DNA of 36,881 nucleotides, taken from IMG/VR virus record IMGVR_UViG_3300031111_000005, positions 1-36,881 of that record. One strand, given 5' to 3'. The notes beneath the pieces were generated by a model that saw nothing but the letters and a program-made list of their open reading frames with translations, searched no databases and was not told the origin of the DNA. This document shows positions 31,877-36,881 of the stretch, piece after piece. This DNA is from a virus. The position numbers and the translations under genes were made by a program. The stretch's first letter is position 1. Every line of letters begins with the position of its first letter.

Positions 31877-32559
31877 AAAGTGGCAAAATATGGCTAACGC
31901 CCCACTAAATTACTGGCAATCGGCAAACATAACTATATCTTTAACTAAGATACTATCAAAGATGGGGAAAAAATCCCTAAAAAAGTCCTCTTTTTTATAT
32001 TTTTCCCAGTTTCAAGAAAAATAATAATATTATTTGGGTTTTCCAGGACCTTGAAAGAAAAATAATATTATTCTGGGGTTTGAAAATTAAAATATGGATA
32101 TTATAAAATAAGTTCCACAAGAAACAGGGGGGTATATAATTATATTAAGATAGTTATAGGATTTTTTATAATTAAAATGTTGGGATAGAATATTATTTAA
32201 GGTTAAAGAATAAGATTGAATTTTATTTCAATATTTATATTATTCTGGGACACGCTTGGGAGTATTAATAATATTAAAGAATATTAAACATAAATAAACA
32301 CTTCAAATAAGCACCCTAAAAATTTAGAACAAAAGACCCCCTAAAATAAACACTTCAAAAAATAGTCAATTAATGAAAACTTGGCTTAAAAAAATTGTCT
32401 TGCTTTAGAGTAACAAACTACTTTTTAATGACATCATTTAAACCGACGATAAAAAACACTTTCTTTATTTGTTACTGATATACAATGTTTTGTAAAATAC
32501 ATAAAAAACAAAACATTTATAAACCCTATTGATTTAAGATTATCGTAGGTTAAAAGAAA
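31877..32559. promoter_or_regulatory. 683-bp non-coding region with short iterated motifs (candidate replication origin / control region)
   Basis: No ORF of 60 aa or more. AATATTATT[TC][TA][GA]GG occurs at 32026, 32064, 32189 and 32237. AAATAAACACTTCAAA occurs at 32292 and 32344. CCCTAAAA occurs at 32314 and 32339. Confidence 0.5.
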
Positions 32560-32832
32560 ATGAAAAACGAACAAGGAAAAACAAAAAGAAAAGCTATTTA
32601 TCCGATAGTAATGAAAGATAAAAAAGGAAATTTAGAAATAATATATAGAAATAGAGTAGAGTTTTACAAATCTGTTGGGAGTGATACTTTTAGCGAAGAA
32701 GACGAAAATAAAGTGAATGACGCCCATAATGAAGTAGAAATGGCTTTAGGTAGTGGATTTAAAAGAGTTAATGACACGGATAACGAGGAACACTGGTCAA
32801 TATTTGGGGCAGGGAAAGAGGATAAACAATAA
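32560..32832 (+). CDS. Hypothetical protein (90 aa)
   Basis: ORF track. Confidence 0.6.
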   Translation: MKNEQGKTKRKAIYPIVMKDKKGNLEIIYRNRVEFYKSVGSDTFSEEDENKVNDAHNEVEMALGSGFKRVNDTDNEEHWSIFGAGKEDKQ

Positions 32833-32833
32833 A

Positions 32834-33067
32834 ATGGAAACATACACAAAACAAAACAGAATACAAAAAGAAATAAGAGGTTTTACAGACCTTATTATAA
32901 AAGACAAATATAAACTTAATCAATTAAAAGAAAAAGGAATAATCGTTTATAATCCAAAAAGAAATAAATTAAAGTTAAGTTTTATTGGGTTGTTGGTTGT
33001 GGGGTGCTTAGTAACTCCACTAACTAACGGCTTTATATTGCCTTTAATAAAATGGAGTTTAAAATGA
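32834..33067 (+). CDS. Tail-anchored small membrane protein (77 aa from METYTKQ)
   Basis: ORF track entry 32753..33067 trimmed to the Met 2 nt after the upstream stop; C-terminal FIGLLVVGCLVTPLTNGFILPLI. Confidence 0.5.
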   Translation: METYTKQNRIQKEIRGFTDLIIKDKYKLNQLKEKGIIVYNPKRNKLKLSFIGLLVVGCLVTPLTNGFILPLIKWSLK

Positions 33068-33135
33068 AAATAGCATATAAGAAAATAAAAGAATAGTTAC
33101 TATTCTTAAAAATTAAATAAAGGAAATAAAAAAAA

Positions 33136-33264
33136 ATGAAAATAACAAAAGAATACCTACATAAAATAGAAATGGAATTGGTTGATTTATGTGAAGATAA
33201 CGAAGTAATGAAAGAAGCAATAATAAATAAATTTACAGATTTAATGTCAAAAATAAAAGAATAA
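33136..33264 (+). CDS. Small ORF (42 aa)
   Basis: Hand translation MKITKEYLHKIEMELVDLCEDNEVMKEAIINKFTDLMSKIKE. Confidence 0.35.
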   Translation: MKITKEYLHKIEMELVDLCEDNEVMKEAIINKFTDLMSKIKE

Positions 33265-33304
33265 CTTAGTTATTCTAAAAAATTAAATACCGATAGGAGT
33301 AAAA

Positions 33305-33469
33305 ATGAAAGAAGAATTTAATAAATTAGTAGAAGAAAATAAAAAACTTAGGAATAAGTTTGCTTTAATTGTTAAAAGTTTAAGCAGTGATGACCAAGAA
33401 GATATTTTCTTTTTGCTTAATGAAATAATAAATAATGAGATAGAGCAAGAAAAATATTGTAATCAATAA
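33305..33469 (+). CDS. Small ORF (54 aa)
   Basis: Hand translation MKEEFNKLVEENKKLRNKF...; AGGAG upstream; the stop lies 1 nt before the next ATG. Confidence 0.4.
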   Translation: MKEEFNKLVEENKKLRNKFALIVKSLSSDDQEDIFFLLNEIINNEIEQEKYCNQ

Positions 33470-33470
33470 G

Positions 33471-34268
33471 ATGGAATTTAAAAATAATAAATTCTTTTTA
33501 TTAACTGAAAGTTTGAAAGCAATAAAAAAGGATTGTTTAAATTTGTTGGTCGTTCGTGGGGAAGCAGGAACAGGAAAAAGCAAAACTATCTTAGATTATC
33601 TTAAAAAGGAAAAGGTCAATTTTAATTATTTTTCTTCTTATACAACTCCTTTATATTTTTATAAATTAATTTATGAGAATAAAGATAAAGATGTTTTAAT
33701 TTTTGATGATATAGAGGGAATAAGCGATTTAAAAATTATTGCTATGCTTAAAAGTTTATGTTGGAATCCAGACAACGAAGAAAGAGAATTAAATTATTTT
33801 TCTACTTCTGAAAAAATGGGGGATTATGGTTTGCCTTCTTCTTTTAAAACAAAGTCAAGAATAATATTAATTTTTAATAATGATTTAAGGGGTTTTGAAC
33901 CTGTTATAAATCGGGGGGTTTGTATTGATTTTAATTTTAATTTTAAAGAAAAGTTAAGTATATTTGAAGAAATAAAGAAAAAAGCCAACATAGATGAAGA
34001 AGTTTTAAACTATATTAAATCTACTTGTAATGAGGGAACGGAAAATTTAAGCATTAGAAGTTTAGTCATATTAAGCAATTTAAAAAGAAATGGATTTAAT
34101 TATAAGCTATTTAGTAAAGAAATCTTAAAAAATGATGATAATTTTAATTTATTACTGACAAAACTGACACGCTGTCAAGCTGTCAAAGATGCCTGTGATG
34201 AGTGGGTTAAGGAAACAGGAAAAAGTGAAAGAACCTTTTTTCGAATGAAAAAGAAGTTTAATCTTTAA
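33471..34268 (+). CDS. AAA-type P-loop ATPase (265 aa)
   Basis: Walker A VVRGEAGTGKSKT; Walker B DVLIFDDIEG; sensor-like IILIFNND. Its size and layout recall the DnaA-like AAA+ ATPases of small archaeal viruses. Confidence 0.8.
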   Translation: MEFKNNKFFLLTESLKAIKKDCLNLLVVRGEAGTGKSKTILDYLKKEKVNFNYFSSYTTPLYFYKLIYENKDKDVLIFDDIEGISDLKIIAMLKSLCWNPDNEERELNYFSTSEKMGDYGLPSSFKTKSRIILIFNNDLRGFEPVINRGVCIDFNFNFKEKLSIFEEIKKKANIDEEVLNYIKSTCNEGTENLSIRSLVILSNLKRNGFNYKLFSKEILKNDDNFNLLLTKLTRCQAVKDACDEWVKETGKSERTFFRMKKKFNL

Positions 34269-34599
34269 TTTTTTTTAATTTTATTTCTAAATTAATTATC
34301 CTTATTTGGTATATTAAAAGAGCAAGAGAACAAATCCATATTAATAAATCTCCTACTGAAATATACATTTTTTTTCCATTCATTAAATTAATTTTATAGA
34401 TGTCTGATAATTGATAATATTTAATTTCTTCTCTATCTTCAAAATTGAAATGTTTATTTGTATCAATAATATAATTAGTTTTTACAGGCATTCTCCAATC
34501 ATTAGAAGCCATAGCTACAACATTTAATAGCATTCCAATTAATAGAGCCAATATAATTAAATTTCTGTCTAACTTTAGAGATATTATTTTATTTTGCAT
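34258..34599 (-). CDS. Two-pass membrane protein (113 aa)
   Basis: ORF track; its 3' end overlaps the convergent ATPase gene by 11 nt. Confidence 0.6.
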   Translation of the reverse strand: MQNKIISLKLDRNLIILALLIGMLLNVVAMASNDWRMPVKTNYIIDTNKHFNFEDREEIKYYQLSDIYKINLMNGKKMYISVGDLLIWICSLALLIYQIRIINLEIKLKKIKD

Positions 34600-34759
34600 T
34601 TTCTTTGTTTATTTTTTTACTTTTATAACCCATATTAAAAGCACTTTTAAATATATCTTTTTCTAATTTTGTTATATATCTTTTATTTTCTTTTAAAAAC
34701 CATAAATTAAATTCTTTTATTGCTTTTTTTCTTTTTTTTACTTTTATTTTTCTTCTCAT
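34589..34759 (-). CDS. Small basic protein (56 aa from MRRKIKVKKRKK...)
   Basis: ORF track entry 34589..34894 trimmed. The upstream 45 codons run through GC-rich element A and are judged non-coding. Confidence 0.5.
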   Translation of the reverse strand: MRRKIKVKKRKKAIKEFNLWFLKENKRYITKLEKDIFKSAFNMGYKSKKINKENAK

Positions 34760-34770
34760 TTTTATTATTT

Positions 34771-34912
34771 TCCTTTTAAAGATTAAAGGATAACTACCTT
34801 TCCTTTCCTTGCCTGTCCTCGCCCTTCCAAGCCATGCCAAGCCCCGCCAAACCTGAACTTCATCGGCAAGATGACTATGAAGCCCAACAAACATTTGGGC
34901 AAAATTTAATTA
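34771..34912 (-). repeat. GC-rich intercistronic element, copy A: stop-codon-abutting hairpins + (GGNNN)12 tract (34794..34853) + 3' hairpin (34771..34790)
   Basis: See findings. Minus-strand reading TAATTAAATTTTGCCCAAATGTTTGTTGGGCTTCATAGTCATCTTGCCGATGAAGTTCA-GGTTTGGCGGGGCTTGGCATGGCTTGGAAGGGCGAGGACAGGCAAGGAAAGGAAAGGTAG-TTA-TCCTTTAATCTTTAAAAGGA. Confidence 0.85.
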
Positions 34913-35410
34913 ATCTTCACTTAATAATTTTCTTATTGTTTCAACTATTGTTGATAATTCTTTGTATTGGTTATATTTTTCTGTCCAATTAATTAATTCT
35001 ATTTTTGCTCTACTTATTACTTGTGAACGATATGCTTCAATATTAACATAATCTTCTGCTGGAGCATAAACTCTTTCTTCTGAATTAACTGGTTGAACTG
35101 ATTTAAAAGCACTTATTGAAACATTTAGATTAATTGGTTCTTTATTTCCAATAGAAATTATATTTACTTCTATATGAGAAATTATTTCTCTAACTCTTTG
35201 TAATTGATATAATTCTACTGCTTTATTTTTATCCCATTCAAAATAAGAATGTATTTTGCTTTCTGGATGTTTTTTTATTTCTTCCAATATTCCTCTTGTA
35301 GTTTTATCTTTACAATTTTCAACAAATTCACCAATTTCTTGAGCATCTTCTTTTCTAAAAGGAGCTCCTATTCTTGCTTCATATATTTTTTTTGTTTTCT
35401 CTTTTTTCAT
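34910..35410 (-). CDS. Hypothetical protein (166 aa)
   Basis: ORF track; AGGAGGT 8 nt upstream; flanked on both sides by GC-rich elements. Confidence 0.7.
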   Translation of the reverse strand: MKKEKTKKIYEARIGAPFRKEDAQEIGEFVENCKDKTTRGILEEIKKHPESKIHSYFEWDKNKAVELYQLQRVREIISHIEVNIISIGNKEPINLNVSISAFKSVQPVNSEERVYAPAEDYVNIEAYRSQVISRAKIELINWTEKYNQYKELSTIVETIRKLLSED

Positions 35411-35434
35411 TTTTATACCTCCTATAATTTATTT

Positions 35435-35571
35435 TCCTTTTAAAGATTAAAGGATAACTACCATTCCTTTCCTCTCTGGTCCAGTCCGAGCCGCTCCTTT
35501 CCTTGCCAAACCTAAACTTCATCGGCAAGATGACTATGAAGCCCAACAAACATTTGGGCAAAATTTAATTA
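35435..35571 (-). repeat. GC-rich intercistronic element, copy B: (GGNNN) tract of 11 slots (35458..35512) + 3' hairpin (35435..35454)
   Basis: The 5' 59 nt and 3' ~25 nt are near-identical to copy A; the core differs in sequence and length but keeps the 5-nt GG phase. Confidence 0.85.
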
Positions 35572-36153
35572 ATGTTTTACTTCGTATTGACCGAAGTTTC
35601 CAGATTTTTCTGGTCTAAATCCTCCAACTCCCATTTGAAATCCAGCCCAATTTAAAAGATTAATTACTTGTTCAGCAGATATGTTTGTTGAATTATAAAC
35701 TATTTCTAATTTACAACTCCAATCTGTGAATTTTGGTCGAATAATCTTTCTTGGTGCTTTAGTCATTCCAGAAGTTCTACCCCATTTAACATCTTTAATT
35801 TCTTCTTTAAACTTAATTGGAATAATATCTCCTAAAATTCTAACTGAACCTCTAACTTTCTTTTTATCCATTCCATCTATGTATGGAGCTACTTCTGTCA
35901 TTCCTTTTAGAAATGCTGTTGAGGGAATACCTAAATTTCCTTTATCATCAAAGTGTTTTTTAGCTTCATATTTTTCTTCTTCTAATTTATCATCTTTTTC
36001 AGATAATTTTTTTCCTTTTTTTAAGTTATATCTTTCAACAACATCCATATCCATCTTTTCCATTAATAATGGTGTTATTCCTACTAATTCAACAACTATC
36101 TTTTCTTTCTTTAGTTCTTGTAGTTGGATATTTGATTCATTTTTTTTTATCAT
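35569..36153 (-). CDS. Hypothetical protein (194 aa) with C-terminal Gly-rich loop (GVGGFRPEKSGNFGQYEV)
   Basis: ORF track; AGGAGGTAAT upstream. The C-terminal G-x-G...G-x-F-G followed by a beta-strand is reminiscent of the RAMP/Cas6 glycine-rich loop. That is a weak, by-eye resemblance only. Confidence 0.7.
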   Translation of the reverse strand: MIKKNESNIQLQELKKEKIVVELVGITPLLMEKMDMDVVERYNLKKGKKLSEKDDKLEEEKYEAKKHFDDKGNLGIPSTAFLKGMTEVAPYIDGMDKKKVRGSVRILGDIIPIKFKEEIKDVKWGRTSGMTKAPRKIIRPKFTDWSCKLEIVYNSTNISAEQVINLLNWAGFQMGVGGFRPEKSGNFGQYEVKH

Positions 36154-36192
36154 CTTGCCGATTACCTCCTTTCATTTGTATTAATATTATTT

Positions 36193-36265
36193 AGGATTTA
36201 AAGATTAATCCTGAACTACCATTCCTTTCCGTGCCCCGCCATGCCACGCCTTGCCTTGCCTCGCC
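36193..36265 (-). repeat. GC-rich intercistronic element, copy C: (GGNNN)10 tract (36216..36265) + 3' hairpin with swapped stem (36193..36212)
   Basis: Minus-strand reading GGCGAGGCAAGGCAAGGCGTGGCATGGCGGGGCACGGAAAGGAATGGTAG-TTC-AGGATTAATCTTTAAATCCT. Confidence 0.85.
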
Positions 36266-36324
36266 GCGAATATGAATATTATTTTGTAAATTATTTTTAA
36301 AGTTCACACTTCCTTTGATTTGTG

Positions 36325-36459
36325 TCATTTTATTTCTACTCCTTCATTTATTAAATCATCAAACATTTGCATATTATCCCCCTTATTAAGAAATACTTTT
36401 TCAAACATTCTAATTCTTCTTTCTACAATTTCATCCTTACTTCCTTTGTTTTGTGTCAT
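36325..36459 (-). CDS. Small protein (44 aa from MTQNKGSKDEIVERR...)
   Basis: ORF track entry trimmed to the Met in ATGA overlap with the 36456 stop. Confidence 0.45.
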   Translation of the reverse strand: MTQNKGSKDEIVERRIRMFEKVFLNKGDNMQMFDDLINEGVEIK

Positions 36460-36740
36460 ATATTTTCTTTGCCAGAATTTATTAAATAAAACCCACCCCA
36501 AAATAATATAAAAAGTATTAGTGTTCCTCCAAAAAATATACCCCATGGTGCATCCATAATAATTTCTTCACATTCTAATTCCAAAATCCTATTATTATGC
36601 CTATCATAACAATCTTTAGTATTTGTTTCGTAACTTGTATTTTCTGCCATATAAATTGATAAAACAAAAACTCCTACTAAAACAATAGCTAACATAATAC
36701 AACCTATACTCCTATTCATTTTTGCCTTATCTTGTGTCAT
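36456..36740 (-). CDS. Two-pass membrane protein (94 aa, MTQDKAKMNRS...)
   Basis: ORF track; hydrophobic IGCIMLAIVLVGVFVLSIY and IFFGGTLILFILFWGGFYLI; ATGA overlap with the junction-spanning ORF. Confidence 0.6.
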   Translation of the reverse strand: MTQDKAKMNRSIGCIMLAIVLVGVFVLSIYMAENTSYETNTKDCYDRHNNRILELECEEIIMDAPWGIFFGGTLILFILFWGGFYLINSGKENI

Positions 36741-36881
36741 CTTGAAATTTCCTCCCTAATTTGTCTTACAATTTTTGCTGCCGTCCAATAACCACCAAGT
36801 AAATATGCCATTCTATTAAAAACAATCTCTTCATATCCTTGTGCTACTAAACATAAATTTAGTTCTTGCCCTACATTAGAA
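36737..36881 (-). CDS. 3' part of the junction-spanning 65-aa ORF (duplicate view of 1..127 plus its last 6 codons)
   Basis: Same frame as 1..180 after circularisation; TGA at 36737..36739. Confidence 0.5.
   Translation of the reverse strand, partial: SNVGQELNLCLVAQGYEEIVFNRMAYLLGGYWTAAKIVRQIREEISR
36755..36881. repeat. Terminal direct repeat, copy 2 (identical to 1..127)
   Basis: Same 127-nt string as 1..127. This implies a circular or terminally redundant unit of 36,754 bp. Confidence 0.95.

Noticed and set aside
31877-32559. Possible CRISPR mini-array or tRNA genes in the long non-coding region, and tRNA-like identity of the GC-rich patches at 7137..7196 and 34794..36265.
   Set aside because: The repeats are 13-16 nt, irregularly spaced and of several kinds, unlike 25-40-nt CRISPR repeats with uniform spacers. 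None of the GC-rich segments can be folded by eye into a cloverleaf with a T-arm consensus.
34258-34268. 11-nt overlap of the convergent genes 33471..34268 (+) and 34258..34599 (-) as a possible regulatory antisense arrangement.
   Set aside because: Short 3'-3' overlaps are common in compact genomes. There is no additional structure or repeat here, so nothing beyond compaction is supported.
34760-34894. Upstream extension of ORF 34589..34894 (MFVGLHSHLADEVQVWRGLAWLGRARTGKERKGSYPLIFKRK...) and the analogous ORFs 35379..35561 and 36191..36328, which translate through the GC-rich elements and share ER[NK]GS..LIFK.
   Set aside because: The shared peptide is explained by the shared nucleotides. 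The GG cores differ in length by 5 nt (60/55/50), so the conserved 5' module is read in different frames in A and B. ORF B needs a TTG start. The periodicity is 5 nt, not 3. The hairpin shows compensatory rather than synonymous change. I treat all of these as non-coding, apart from possible leader-type translation of the third.

Overview
The window is very AT-rich (roughly 25-30% GC by eye). Its first 127 nt (1..127) are identical to its last 127 nt (36755..36881), so it is most simply a complete 36,754-bp circular or terminally redundant element. About 75 tightly packed ORFs are present. Almost all lie on the minus strand as long co-directional strings, with many 4-nt ATGA or 1-nt stop/start overlaps and GGAGG-type ribosome-binding sites. 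One plus-strand module spans 30267..34268. I read it as a virus or virus-like element of an AT-rich archaeon. The grounds are TTTAAATA-type TATA boxes with purine-rich upstream BRE-like (TFB-recognition element) boxes 21-30 nt before start codons, and small RHH and AbrB regulators. Further grounds are a class-III (prepilin-like) signal peptide, three LamG-domain envelope/fibre proteins dense in N-x-S/T sequons, and a 76-aa two-helix hydrophobic protein at the head of the structural operon that resembles major capsid proteins of spindle-shaped archaeal viruses. I could not recognise a large terminase, a portal or an HK97-type capsid protein. Confident enzymatic calls are a C5 cytosine DNA methyltransferase, a small serine recombinase, a NUMOD3 + Vsr/DUF559-like homing-type endonuclease lodged between two LamG genes, two P-loop ATPases and a membrane-anchored thioredoxin-like protein. 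The most unusual signal is a family of three GC-rich intercistronic elements (34771..34912, 35435..35571, 36193..36265). Each has a core of 10-12 strictly 5-nt-phased GG dinucleotides, (GGNNN)n on the transcribed strand. Each core is followed by a hairpin whose stem is swapped by four compensatory base-pair changes while its loop is invariant. Other notable signals are two conserved promoter families, a 680-bp non-coding iteron region (candidate origin), paralogous genes with near-identical ends bracketing the recombinase-methylase segment, and a duplicated 5' fragment of the capsid-like gene. All protein calls rest on motif recognition by eye; no database search was possible.
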